Positions 9,452-19,378 of a stretch of 64,000 nucleotides of DNA are shown in pieces. Position 1 is the first letter of the stretch, and each line of letters opens with the position of its first letter. The stretch spans positions 340,694 through 404,693 of the forward strand of contig VMEP01000001.1 in NCBI GenBank assembly GCA_007375595.1, read 5' to 3'. The notes beneath the pieces are model-generated. The model searched no databases, was not told the origin of the DNA, and saw only the letters and a list, made by a program, of their open reading frames with translations. Origin of the DNA: Parcubacteria group bacterium LiPW_30 (GTDB lineage: Bacteria > Patescibacteriota > Minisyncoccia > Phycocordibacterales > VMEP01). Made by a program: the position numbers and the translations under genes.

Positions 9452-10924
9452 ATGTATACAAAAAGTTTCAAACCTAAAGAAGGGGGTGTTAAAAAACCTT
9501 TTTCTAAAACAAGATCATCGTCTTTTAAAAAAGAAGGTTCTTATTCGTCACGACCTACATCTTCATCTAGAAGCACTAGTTCCTCATCTTCACCAAGACC
9601 AACGTCTTCGTTTAGAAGTGGTAGCTACTCTTCGGCATCAAAGCCAACTTCCTCGTTTAGAGGTGGTAGTTCTTCGTATTCATCTCGACCAGCGTCTTCT
9701 AGAAGCGGTAGTTACTCATCACGACCTAGTTCAAGCGGAAGTAGAGGGTATGGCCGTAGCGGTAGTTCTCGTAGTCAATCTCGCGGAAGTGGGATGCGTG
9801 GCGAAAGAATAGATTTTTCTAGATTTATCAATAAAGCAGTTGAAGTTTCAGAAAAAATTGAACACTTCAAACCAGAACATCAGTTTAAGGATTTTAATAT
9901 TGAACAGGAGTTAAAGGATGCCATTATTAAAAAGGGCTACACCTTACCAACCCCGATTCAAGATAGAGCAATCCCGCACATAATTGATGGTTCAGATATC
10001 GTTGGTATTGCAAACACGGGAACAGGAAAGACGGCGGCATTTTTGATTCCGCTTATAAATAAGGTCCGTATTGATCCAAAGAATAATGTTTTAATTGTTG
10101 TTCCAACTCGCGAGCTTGCAATTCAGATTGACGAAGAATTAAAAGAATTTACTCGTGGAATTAAGACTGGCACAAGAATCTTTTCTGTGTGTTGTGTTGG
10201 AGGTGCAAGTATTGGAAAGCAGATTTCAGAATTGCGCTACAAAAATAATTTTATTATTGGTACTCCAGGACGCCTTAAAGATTTGATAGAGCGCGCAAAA
10301 ATTAAACTTTCAGATTTTAGCACTATTGTCTTAGACGAGGCAGACAGAATGCTTGATATGGGATTCATTAATGATATGCGTTTTGTTATGGCAGGAATGC
10401 CAAAGGATCATCACACTTTGTTTTTCTCAGCGACAATTTCACCAGAGATTGAAAAGCTTATTAAAGAATTTTTACGTGAACCAGTGCGTATTTCTGTTAA
10501 GACGGGAGACACTTCAAAAAATGTTGACCAAGACGTTATTAGGGTTAGTGTTGCCAATAAAATTGAAACTCTCCACGACCTTTTAAACCAGAAGGAATTC
10601 GTAAAAGTTCTAATTTTCGGGCGAACAAAACACGGAGTGGAGAAGTTATCAAATATACTCGTAGAGCGTGGTTTTAAGGCTGAATCAATCCATGGCGATA
10701 AAAACCATGTCCGTCGTCAGCGTTCTTTGGGAATGTTTAAAGATAACCGCGTACAAGTGCTCGTCGCAACGGACGTAGCGGCACGTGGTCTTGATATTCC
10801 AGATGTGTCTCATGTCATCAATTATGATATTCCAGCTACCTACGAAGATTACGTTCATCGTATCGGTAGAACTGGACGAGGAGACAAGAAAGGGAAAGCA
10901 TTAACATTTATTGAACACAAATAA
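9452..10924 (+). CDS. DEAD-box RNA helicase with Ser/Arg-rich N-terminal extension
   Basis: PTPIQ, TGTGKT, PTRELA, TPGRL, DEAD, SAT, HRIGRTGR. Confidence 0.95.
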   Translation: MYTKSFKPKEGGVKKPFSKTRSSSFKKEGSYSSRPTSSSRSTSSSSSPRPTSSFRSGSYSSASKPTSSFRGGSSSYSSRPASSRSGSYSSRPSSSGSRGYGRSGSSRSQSRGSGMRGERIDFSRFINKAVEVSEKIEHFKPEHQFKDFNIEQELKDAIIKKGYTLPTPIQDRAIPHIIDGSDIVGIANTGTGKTAAFLIPLINKVRIDPKNNVLIVVPTRELAIQIDEELKEFTRGIKTGTRIFSVCCVGGASIGKQISELRYKNNFIIGTPGRLKDLIERAKIKLSDFSTIVLDEADRMLDMGFINDMRFVMAGMPKDHHTLFFSATISPEIEKLIKEFLREPVRISVKTGDTSKNVDQDVIRVSVANKIETLHDLLNQKEFVKVLIFGRTKHGVEKLSNILVERGFKAESIHGDKNHVRRQRSLGMFKDNRVQVLVATDVAARGLDIPDVSHVINYDIPATYEDYVHRIGRTGRGDKKGKALTFIEHK

Positions 10925-10925
10925 T

Positions 10926-11099
10926 ATGAAACCAAATCTTACAACTTCAACAAGGACATTCCAGAAAAATGGAAAGTGGGTGGAGAAAAAACATGTAACA
11001 GAGGTGCTCGTATGTGCTTGTGGTTATAAATACATCAAGACCCGAGAGGGGCAAACAACCTGCCTTAAGTGTATGCATGTTGCAAAAAATACCAGATAA
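10926..11099 (+). CDS. small putative zinc-binding protein
   Basis: CACG...CLKC; directly follows helicase stop; terminator downstream. Confidence 0.55.
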   Translation: MKPNLTTSTRTFQKNGKWVEKKHVTEVLVCACGYKYIKTREGQTTCLKCMHVAKNTR

Positions 11100-11239
11100 A
11101 TAAATCTTAAAAATAAAAAAACGATTTCCAAAAGGAGTCGTTTTTTTTATTTTTAAACTTATCCCTCGGCAAAACGATTATAAAAGGGCATAATCTAAGT
11201 GGTTTCTAGTATTCAATATAAATAATTTAAAATATTTTT

Positions 11240-11767
11240 ATGACGTTACATTTTGTTGAACAGTCGCCGGTTTCCCATTTTTTGTTTTCAGACACCAAGA
11301 GCGCGGCGTTATGGTTGTTGGTGCGCCTTTATTTAGGGTGGGGATGGTTCACGGCTGGTATTGATAAGATGCAAGATTCGGCGTGGTTTGGTTACAACGC
11401 CGGCGCAAAGTTAACAGGATTTTTGCAGGGGGCTCTTTCTAAAACTTCCGGCGCTCACCCTGATGTGCAGATGTGGTACGCATCTTTTTTGAATAATTTA
11501 GTAATGCCAAATGTAATGTGGTGGTCAAACGCCGTTGCGGTTGGTGAGGTTTTAGTTGGGCTTGGTTTAATGGTCGGTTGTATTGTTGGGGTTACTGCAT
11601 TCTTTGGCGCTTTGATGAATCTAAACTTCTTGCTTGCCGGAACGGTTAGTATTAACCCAGAATTTCTTATCTTAGGAATCTTTTTGATTCTTGCCCGTCG
11701 CGTTGCTGGATACTATGGAGTTGATTACTTTATTTCTCCTTATTTAAGAAAATTACGTAAGAGTTAA
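11240..11767 (+). CDS. DoxX family membrane protein
   Basis: RLYLGWGWF.AG..K, GEVLVGLGL, NLNFLLAGTVS.NP. Confidence 0.85.
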   Translation: MTLHFVEQSPVSHFLFSDTKSAALWLLVRLYLGWGWFTAGIDKMQDSAWFGYNAGAKLTGFLQGALSKTSGAHPDVQMWYASFLNNLVMPNVMWWSNAVAVGEVLVGLGLMVGCIVGVTAFFGALMNLNFLLAGTVSINPEFLILGIFLILARRVAGYYGVDYFISPYLRKLRKS

Positions 11768-11769
11768 AT

Positions 11770-11808
11770 TAAAAACAAAATCCCGCAAAAGCGGGATTTT
11801 GTTTTTAA
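11770..11808. terminator. bidirectional terminator
   Basis: AAAACAAAATCCCGC-AAAA-GCGGGATTTTGTTTT between convergent genes. Confidence 0.75.
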
Positions 11809-11811
11809 AGA

Positions 11812-13779
11812 CTACCAAATTTTCACACGGTCTTTTGGTTCTCGGTATAACTTATCTCCTTTTTTCACGTTAAACGCTTCGTAGAATTCAGAAAGATTTG
11901 AAGCTGGGCCATTAACTCTAAATATTGACGGTGAGTGCGGATCGTTAATTGCTAACATTTTTTCAAATTCTGGCCTGGAATTTTCTCTTTCAAACAGAGT
12001 AACCCCAAGGAAAAATCTTTGTTCTGGGGTAAAACCATCAATATTTTTTCGTTCTGTTTTTTTGAGATGCAATTGATAAGCATCAAGGGCAATCGCAAAG
12101 CCCGCTAAATCGGCGATATTTTCGCCAGCAGTTAACCTCCCGTTTACAGAAACTCCGTCAGCAACCTTATACTTACTAAACTGCTCTATTAGTGGTTTTG
12201 TTTTTTTCTTTAGATTTTCATGGTCAGATTTTGTCCACCAGTTTTTAAGATTTCCTTTTGTGTCAAACTTAGATCCTTGGTCATCAAAACCATGGGTGAT
12301 TTCATGACCAATAACCATGCCCATTGATCCGTAATTTACTGCATCATCGGCCTCTTTGTTAAAAAATGGTGGTTGGAGGATTGCCGCAGGGAACACGATT
12401 TCATTCATAGTTAGACTACAATATGCATTTACGGTTTGTGGACTCATGTGCCACTCTTTTCTATCTACTGGTTTTTTTATTTTTTTAACCATACGATGAT
12501 GCTCAAAAGTAGAAATACGAATTACATTTCCAAGATAATCACCCTCATCTATACGTAAGCCGTGATAAGATTTCCATTTGTCTGGATAGCCAATTTTTCT
12601 GTTCATAGCGTGTAATTTTTTTAACGCCATTTTTTTTGTTTTTGGTCCCATCCAATCAAGTTTTTTTATTCTTTGTTCGTATGCGATAAATAAATCGTCC
12701 ACCATAGAACTCGCTTTCCTCTTTGTTTCGCCGTCAAAATATTTTTTAACATATATTTTCCCCATCAATTCACCAAGACTCCCATTTACAACAGAAAGAA
12801 CTTGTCGCCATAAGGGTTTCATTTCTTTTGTGCCCAAAATTACTTTTCCGTAAAAATTGAAATTTTCTTTCAAGAAGGACTCAGAAAGGAAGCCAGATGC
12901 AGCCGTTACTAAATGCCATTTAAGATACATTTGCCAATCATAAATTGGAACTTTTTTAATTTCCTGATTTACTTTTGTGAAAAACTTAGGCTGACAGACT
13001 ACAAGAGTGTTTGGTGTGTCTATTCCGATAATTTTAAAGTACTTTACCCAGTTTATTTCCGGAGAAAGGTTTTTAAGTTGAGCTAAACTTTTTTTGTTGT
13101 AAATTTTTTCAACATCATGAATATCTTCTTTACTCATTGACGCTTCGGCGAGGCTATATTCAATTTTGTAAACCTTTTTCGTTAGTTCGTTTATTTCTGT
13201 TTTTTTAACACCAAAAAGCGCGAACATTGTTTTCATGTGTAGATGATAGGCATTTCTTACACGTTTAGATTCTTTGTCGTCTTTAAGGTAGTAGTCTTTG
13301 TCTGGCATACCAAGGCCACCTTGCCCAAGATAGACGGTATTTTTGTCTCCGTTTTTCAAATCTTGGTCAACGTCACACCACCACAGTAGACTTAATCCGA
13401 TTTTATGAAATTCTGCGACACAAATAAGAAGGTCATCTATTGTTTTAATAGCATCAACCTTTTTTAAATAGTTCTCAATTGGCTTCAATCCAAGACGGTT
13501 GCGTTCTTTTAGATTCATCCCCGAGCGGTAAAAATCTCTAATCATCTGCTCGGGGCTACCGACAGGAATCCTCTTTTGCTTATCAAGTTCTTTGAGTATG
13601 AGTTTCAGTCTTTTTTCTGTTTCGTAACGCAAAATGGTAAAAGAACCCCACCGAGATTCCGTTTTTGGAATTGGGTTTTTCTTGAGCCAGTTACCCCCTG
13701 CGTAATGATAAAAATCGTCTTGCGGGCGCACATTCTTATCCATGTCTTTTGGGTCAAATCCCCACGATTTTTTCTTCAT
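11812..13779 (-). CDS. M13 family metalloendopeptidase (PepO/neprilysin-like)
   Basis: VNAY, IGHEITHGFD, GENIAD, DPHSP..RVNG. Confidence 0.93.
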   Translation of the reverse strand: MKKKSWGFDPKDMDKNVRPQDDFYHYAGGNWLKKNPIPKTESRWGSFTILRYETEKRLKLILKELDKQKRIPVGSPEQMIRDFYRSGMNLKERNRLGLKPIENYLKKVDAIKTIDDLLICVAEFHKIGLSLLWWCDVDQDLKNGDKNTVYLGQGGLGMPDKDYYLKDDKESKRVRNAYHLHMKTMFALFGVKKTEINELTKKVYKIEYSLAEASMSKEDIHDVEKIYNKKSLAQLKNLSPEINWVKYFKIIGIDTPNTLVVCQPKFFTKVNQEIKKVPIYDWQMYLKWHLVTAASGFLSESFLKENFNFYGKVILGTKEMKPLWRQVLSVVNGSLGELMGKIYVKKYFDGETKRKASSMVDDLFIAYEQRIKKLDWMGPKTKKMALKKLHAMNRKIGYPDKWKSYHGLRIDEGDYLGNVIRISTFEHHRMVKKIKKPVDRKEWHMSPQTVNAYCSLTMNEIVFPAAILQPPFFNKEADDAVNYGSMGMVIGHEITHGFDDQGSKFDTKGNLKNWWTKSDHENLKKKTKPLIEQFSKYKVADGVSVNGRLTAGENIADLAGFAIALDAYQLHLKKTERKNIDGFTPEQRFFLGVTLFERENSRPEFEKMLAINDPHSPSIFRVNGPASNLSEFYEAFNVKKGDKLYREPKDRVKIW

Positions 13780-13858
13780 GCGAGAATAGTACATGAATTT
13801 TTTGTCTCATGCTATATTTTCCCTTATATATAAGGTTGTACGGAAACCCCCATTTTTA

Positions 13859-14713
13859 ATGAAAACTAAATCTAAAAATTCAAAAAAAAGCGTTTATCTT
13901 TTTTATAAGGAAGAAAACACACGGGCCGTTAAATGTTCTAAAAAAATTAAAGAATGGCTTCTTGGTAAAAATATACCGATAGTTGACGAGATACTTAAGG
14001 CTGATGCAGTTATTGTTTTAGGTGGTGATGGAACAATTTTGGAAGCTGCTCGGGCGCCAAAAGCCAAGAATGCAATCATTGTTGGTCTTAATCTTGGTAA
14101 CGTTGGTTTCTTGGCGTCGGTTCGTGAAGAAAGTAATTTTTTGAAAGCGTTAGAAAAGTTTTTTAAGGGGGAATATAAACCAGTTAAAAGGACGATGCTT
14201 TTAACAGAGGTGACGCGCCAAGGGAAAAAAGTTTTTTCGGCAACCGCATTGAACGAAGTTTTGGTAAGTAATTTACTAGGGGTGGTGGAGCTTGAAGTTT
14301 CTATTGGCGGTTATGGAATACAGTCTGTGAGGGGAAGTGGTGTTTTAGTTTCAAGCGCAACTGGTTCTACTGCTTATAATCTTTCAGCCCACGGCCCGAT
14401 TGTTTCTCCCGATATACAGTGTCTTGTAATCACGGAATTACTTGACCACGGGTTACCAACACCAAGTATTGTTATAAAACCAGAACACAAAGTAAAAGTG
14501 GTGATTGGCAATTTTAGGGAGCACCGTCTTTTGGCGAGTGTTGATGGCAGGGAGTCTATTGATGTTTTACTTCAAGCTGATGGCGACACAACTTTTCCCT
14601 TGAAAAAGAACGACGTTGTCTCAATTTCCGGATCGCCGTATTTGGTTACTTTTGCCGAGCTTGAAGATAGCTATTTTTTCAAGAGTTTAAGAGAAAAATT
14701 CTCTTTTCGATAG
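13859..14713 (+). CDS. nadK: NAD(+) kinase
   Basis: LGGDGT, NLGNVGFL, ALNE, TGSTAYNLSAHGP. Confidence 0.9.
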   Translation: MKTKSKNSKKSVYLFYKEENTRAVKCSKKIKEWLLGKNIPIVDEILKADAVIVLGGDGTILEAARAPKAKNAIIVGLNLGNVGFLASVREESNFLKALEKFFKGEYKPVKRTMLLTEVTRQGKKVFSATALNEVLVSNLLGVVELEVSIGGYGIQSVRGSGVLVSSATGSTAYNLSAHGPIVSPDIQCLVITELLDHGLPTPSIVIKPEHKVKVVIGNFREHRLLASVDGRESIDVLLQADGDTTFPLKKNDVVSISGSPYLVTFAELEDSYFFKSLREKFSFR

Positions 14714-14742
14714 TGGTATAATAAGGTTTCTGTAGCTTAAAA

Positions 14743-15954
14743 ATGAAAAAAAGATTTTTATATTTAATAGTTGCTAGTATTTTGTTTTTCATTGTTTTAA
14801 TACCGGTTCCTAGCTATGGGGCAACAGGAACAACACTAACTAAATCTACTAAACCGCTTAAAAGCACCCTTGAGGTTTCTGGATGGATTCCTTATTGGAG
14901 AAAAGCGACTGGTACTGCTGATGCTTTAGTGCACATCGATTCTTTTACTGAGATAAATCCTTTTGGATACACAATGAAAAATGATGGTACTTTAAACGAC
15001 ACAGCAAAGATGGACGAAGAACCTTGGCTTACTTTAAGAGCGGAAGCGAAAAAGAAAAAAATCCGTTTTATTCCAACAGTTATGTCGAGCAATTCCGAGA
15101 TGTTGCATCGCATTCTTTCAAATCAAAAAACACGAATTGCTCTTGAGGACGAAATCGCCAAGTTGGTTAAAGAAAAAGGATTTGATGGTATAGATATAGA
15201 TTTTGAAGGGAAGAAGGCAGAAACAAAACCATATTTCGCGACTTTTTTGAAAGGGCTCTATATGCGTATGGGCAATAAATGGGTGATGTGCACTATTGAA
15301 GCGCGTACTCCGCTTGATTCACGATACGATAATATTCCCAAAGACATCCGCTATGCCAATGACTTCGTTGCGATAAATAAATATTGCGACCGAGTTAGGT
15401 TTATGACTTATGACCAAGGAACAATTGATATTGTTTTAAATCGCGCTCGTACCGCTCCTTATATACCAGTTGCTGATCCAGCTTGGGTAGAGAAATCAAT
15501 AAAGCTTGCAATGAAAGATATTTCTAAAAAGAAAATATCAATAGGTATCGCTACTTATGGTTATGAATATAAAGTGACAAAGTTGTCAGAATACGGATAT
15601 CGTTACGATTTACAATGGGCATTTAATCAAAAATATGCAATTGATCTTGCTGCTTCTCTCGGCATAACACCGAAACGTAATTCTTCCGGAGAAATCGGCT
15701 TTATTTATACACCGGTAGAAACGGTTCCACCTGTACAACCAAGTAACAACCCAGATCAGAACATCCCAACTTCAACGGTGGCTCAAAATCAACCTAGTAG
15801 TTTAGTTAAAGAATCGGTGAATATTGTTTGGTGGAGTGACGCCGAAGCGATTAAGACTAAAATTGATTTAGCAAAGAAACTCGGAGTGCGTGGTATTTCA
15901 ATATTTAAAATAGACGGCGGGGAAGATCCTTTAATGTGGGATTATCTCAAATAA
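14743..15954 (+). CDS. secreted glycoside hydrolase family 18 protein
   Basis: Signal peptide; FDGIDIDFE, MTYD. Confidence 0.85.
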   Translation: MKKRFLYLIVASILFFIVLIPVPSYGATGTTLTKSTKPLKSTLEVSGWIPYWRKATGTADALVHIDSFTEINPFGYTMKNDGTLNDTAKMDEEPWLTLRAEAKKKKIRFIPTVMSSNSEMLHRILSNQKTRIALEDEIAKLVKEKGFDGIDIDFEGKKAETKPYFATFLKGLYMRMGNKWVMCTIEARTPLDSRYDNIPKDIRYANDFVAINKYCDRVRFMTYDQGTIDIVLNRARTAPYIPVADPAWVEKSIKLAMKDISKKKISIGIATYGYEYKVTKLSEYGYRYDLQWAFNQKYAIDLAASLGITPKRNSSGEIGFIYTPVETVPPVQPSNNPDQNIPTSTVAQNQPSSLVKESVNIVWWSDAEAIKTKIDLAKKLGVRGISIFKIDGGEDPLMWDYLK

Positions 15955-16070
15955 ACTTTTGTCGCAGTGGAAAAGTAATTCGCAAAAATAAGTTGAGGGG
16001 TATACTATTAATAGTGTTAGGCGGCTACAGTCGTGTGGCGCTTTAATCGTTATACATTTGTTTAAAAATT

Positions 16071-16565
16071 ATGGAACCAAAAAATAATTATAGAAATTTA
16101 ATAATAGGAGCAGTTGTTTTGGCGGTAGTGGGTTATTACTTTTTTCAAAGTAGAGATGTTGTAGCCCCAGTGCAAGATGAATCAGTTTCTGGTATTTCAA
16201 CTAGTACTAATGGTACAACAGCAAAAACGCAGGCAACAAAGACTACCGCAAGTACACCAAAAAGTGGAACTGCTTTGCCAACGATGACTAAGGAGGGATA
16301 TTACCTAGTCAGTTATACAGATAAAGGGTTTGTTCCTAAGACACTTGAGATTAGCGCAGGTAAGTCAGTTAGGTTTGTTAACAATGCAAGCAAGGCAATG
16401 AGAATTTTTGCTGACGACAAGACGAGCTCTCTTTATAACGAAATGAATCAAAGCAAAACCGTCGGACGCGGTGGAATTTATGATTTCACGTTCGTTTCTG
16501 CTGGGACATGGGCCTATCACAATGAAAACAATACGGCTGATAAGGGGGTAGTTGTGGTTAAGTAG
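16071..16565 (+). CDS. membrane-anchored cupredoxin-like protein
   Basis: N-terminal TM, Thr-rich linker, GFVP..LEI..G..V.FVN...AGTWAYHN...G.VVV. Confidence 0.65.
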   Translation: MEPKNNYRNLIIGAVVLAVVGYYFFQSRDVVAPVQDESVSGISTSTNGTTAKTQATKTTASTPKSGTALPTMTKEGYYLVSYTDKGFVPKTLEISAGKSVRFVNNASKAMRIFADDKTSSLYNEMNQSKTVGRGGIYDFTFVSAGTWAYHNENNTADKGVVVVK

Positions 16566-16586
16566 TTTTTGAAGACATAAATAGCT

Positions 16587-17075
16587 ATGGAAAAAATTTG
16601 GAAATATTTACCAAGAATATTATCGACGCTACTTTTAGTTGGGACGATTTTTGCTTGGACTACGGTTTATTCTGATTTTCAGAAATTCTATGGATTTGAG
16701 GGGACTGTCTTTAAGGTGACAGACTGTGTGATACCAAATCCAGTCACGACACCATGTTTTTATGGAGCATTTGCTTTTTTGGGCGCATTTATTTGGTCTT
16801 TGTATTTGAATAAGATGAGCGAAGAACAAAAAAGAAAGCAAGAACACTTTATGGCGTGGTTTCTCTCCGGGGCAACAGTTTTTGCTTGGAGTAACTTCCT
16901 CCCAGATTTAATTGCGTTTTATTCAAGCGCTGGACTCCCTGTGCGCGGATGTTCAGGGCAATTAATAACGAGCCCATTTACAACCCCGTGTTTTGTCGGG
17001 TCAGTTATTTTTTTGATTTCTCTAATTGTTGGTCTTTTGATTTACCTTAGAAATAAAGAAACGACACTTAGTTAA
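16587..17075 (+). CDS. membrane protein with paired Cys (PCFYG/PCFVG repeats)
   Basis: 4 hydrophobic segments, internal duplication. Confidence 0.55.
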   Translation: MEKIWKYLPRILSTLLLVGTIFAWTTVYSDFQKFYGFEGTVFKVTDCVIPNPVTTPCFYGAFAFLGAFIWSLYLNKMSEEQKRKQEHFMAWFLSGATVFAWSNFLPDLIAFYSSAGLPVRGCSGQLITSPFTTPCFVGSVIFLISLIVGLLIYLRNKETTLS

Positions 17076-17149
17076 GTTTTTAAAAATATTTTCTTAATTA
17101 TTTTAATTGAGCCTGTTTTTTCGTGCGTTCAGATATCTCCTCTGCTACA

Positions 17150-17950
17150 ATGTCGCGCATGGAAAGCGAACTTATTTCTTTTTCAAACCACAAAAAAGAA
17201 ACTCTCCGTGGAATTTTCAAACGAGCCCCAGGGAGTACGGGGGTAATTTTTGCCCACGGTTTTGGTAGGACCTCCATGGAGCCAAAGTTCAAAAATATTG
17301 CCAACAAATTGGAAGGCAAGGAGAATCTTTTCTTTTTTGATTTTTCTGGATGTGGGCTATCTGAGGGGTCTTTTGAAGATATTACCGCAGATAAGCTCGC
17401 CAAGGAGCTTTCATGCGCCGTTTCTGCGTTTCGCGATAGGGTCCCAAGACTAAAAAGTATCCGGTTGGTTTCTCATAGTTTTGCTTGTGCTGCAACAATT
17501 ATTTTATGCGCACGAGAAAAAGATGTTTTTGACAAAATTGTATTTTTGGGACCAGCCCTTAACATGAGTGAGATTTTAAAATATTCCTTTGTAAGACGAC
17601 GTAATCCCGGCGGGAAAATTAACTGGTCAAACTATAAAAAACATTTTGATTTGCGGGCATATCAACGCGAAATGAAGAAAGATAAGCAAATGACTTATTC
17701 TCATTTTATTTCTAATCTTCACTATCTTGAAAATAAAGATAGAGATTACCGAGAATTAATGGGAATAATTCCAAAAGAAAAACTACTTATTGTTCAGGGT
17801 GATAGCGACAGGTCAATCCCACTTGAAAGTCAGGGCGCTTATTTAAAGAATTTTAAAACGATATTAGTTAAAGGAGGGGATCATGATCTTGAAAGACCTG
17901 ATGTGGTTGCAAAATACTTACCGCAAATAGTTTCTTTCCTGTCTTCTTAA
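17150..17950 (+). CDS. alpha/beta hydrolase
   Basis: FAHGF, FDFSGCGLSEG, SHSFA nucleophile, IVQGDSD, GGDH; start uncertain. Confidence 0.8.
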   Translation: MSRMESELISFSNHKKETLRGIFKRAPGSTGVIFAHGFGRTSMEPKFKNIANKLEGKENLFFFDFSGCGLSEGSFEDITADKLAKELSCAVSAFRDRVPRLKSIRLVSHSFACAATIILCAREKDVFDKIVFLGPALNMSEILKYSFVRRRNPGGKINWSNYKKHFDLRAYQREMKKDKQMTYSHFISNLHYLENKDRDYRELMGIIPKEKLLIVQGDSDRSIPLESQGAYLKNFKTILVKGGDHDLERPDVVAKYLPQIVSFLSS

Positions 17951-17977
17951 TGTATAAAAACGGCGGAGCGCGAAATG

Positions 17978-18006
17978 TTGACAAATACTGCGTTTAGGTG
18001 TATAGT
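17978..18006 (+). promoter_or_regulatory. sigma70-type promoter of DGR target gene
   Basis: TTGACA-17-TATAGT. Confidence 0.7.
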
Positions 18007-18132
18007 ACTAGAGAGGTTCTTTGAATTATAACTTGCGTTTGCCACAGCAGAAAGTGGCTTAATATATAGGCCTTTTTCTGCTATGGCAAACCTTCGCACG
18101 AAGGAGCCCTCTAGTACACAAGGAGAAAGACA

Positions 18133-18771
18133 ATGGGACAAATCACCATCGACCAATCCCATCAGGTTCTTGCCACTCTGGCTGTGAATACTGACTGGAC
18201 AACGATTGACTTCACGAACTCGGGGCTTCAGGATTTCATCGTTCGCAACCCGAAGGAAGCTGGCAGACAGTTCACGGCGTTCCTCAAGAACGGCGGGAAG
18301 GTCCTCGTCGGCGAACCGAAGGTCATCACCATCAAACGTGGTCGCTTCAATCCAACCGAGTTCATCGGACAGGGCTGGAGCATCATTACGGACGAGACGG
18401 ACACTCGTTCCACGGCGCTCACCGAACTGGACCTCACCAAGATTCAGCAGGTGACGATGCTCAAGAGCGGCGAGACGTACGTGAAGGGCGAGGAGAAGCT
18501 CAGGCGTCTGAAGAAGTCGGGCAACATCCGACTGGACGCCGACGTCTTCCACACGCTGTGGGAGAACCAGCATCTCATCCCCGAGTCGTGGAAGGAGAAG
18601 GTGAACGGGAACACTCGGTTCATCTACTTTGACGGCACGGTCCTTCGGGACTCGGACGGTAGCCGTTACGTTCTGTACCTGTATTGGAGTGACGGTGCGT
18701 GGAACTGGTACGTGGGTTGGCTCGGCAACGACTGGTACGATCACAACCCGTCTGCCGTTCTCGCAAGTTAG
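18133..18771 (+). CDS. DGR target protein with C-terminal variable region
   Basis: SD AAGGAG; 3' end matches downstream template repeat with differences only at adenines. Confidence 0.9.
   Translation: MGQITIDQSHQVLATLAVNTDWTTIDFTNSGLQDFIVRNPKEAGRQFTAFLKNGGKVLVGEPKVITIKRGRFNPTEFIGQGWSIITDETDTRSTALTELDLTKIQQVTMLKSGETYVKGEEKLRRLKKSGNIRLDADVFHTLWENQHLIPESWKEKVNGNTRFIYFDGTVLRDSDGSRYVLYLYWSDGAWNWYVGWLGNDWYDHNPSAVLAS
18637..18766 (+). repeat. DGR variable region (VR)
   Basis: 130-bp match to 19124-19253 with 11 mismatches, all opposite TR A. Confidence 0.92.
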
Positions 18772-18823
18772 TACTCGGGCTTTGGTCATTGGCACTTTTT
18801 GGAGCCTTTGACCTTTGTCTTCG

Positions 18824-18857
18824 GACCCTGCATCTGCTTACACAGATGTGCAGGGTC
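18824..18857 (+). other. hairpin downstream of VR (possible DGR recognition hairpin/terminator)
   Basis: GACCCTGCA..TGCAGGGTC stem. Confidence 0.55.
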
Positions 18858-19123
18858 TTTTCGTATATAAAAATATCTATATAATAATTTGTGGCAGTAG
18901 GTGGATATCAGTGCGTGTTTACGGATGCGTACCACCGAACCCAGTATCCTTATATCCAGAGTATTTGAGATTACGGTTTCAGATAGCGTGGTGTATGTCA
19001 GACACTTCAAAAAATGAAGCTACTTGGTATAGCGTATTAAGGCATTACAATGCCGAAGACAGTGGAACACCCACAGACAACCTTGAGAGTATTCGAGGGG
19101 TGGTGATATGGATGATGTGCTAT

Positions 19124-19253
19124 ACAATCCTTCGGAACTCGGACGGTAACCGTTACGTTCTGTACCTGTATTGGAATGACGGTGCGTGGAACTGGAACGT
19201 GAATTGGCTCGACAACGACTGGAACGATAACAACCCGTCTGCCGTTCTCGCAA
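19124..19253 (+). mobile_element. DGR template repeat (TR)
   Basis: AAC/AAT-rich copy of VR; followed by CTCTCCGGC/GCTGGAGAG hairpin and T-rich tract. Confidence 0.92.
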
Positions 19254-19322
19254 CTCTCTTCATTTCTCTCCGGCTTTCGCTGGAGAGTTTTGTTTTGTGC
19301 GTCTTTAAATTTTTAATATTTG

Positions 19323-19331
19323 TGTTATAGT
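19323..19331 (+). promoter_or_regulatory. extended -10 promoter for rnpB
   Basis: TG-T-TATAGT 6 nt before P1. Confidence 0.6.
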
Positions 19332-19378
19332 ATTTTGGTCTTGAACTGGGCAGTCGCCACGTGAGATAATTGCGCAAT

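Noticed and set aside
18815-19330. 171-aa ORF spanning the TR
   Set aside because: Its similarity to the target protein is just the TR read in frame; no SD or Avd similarity.
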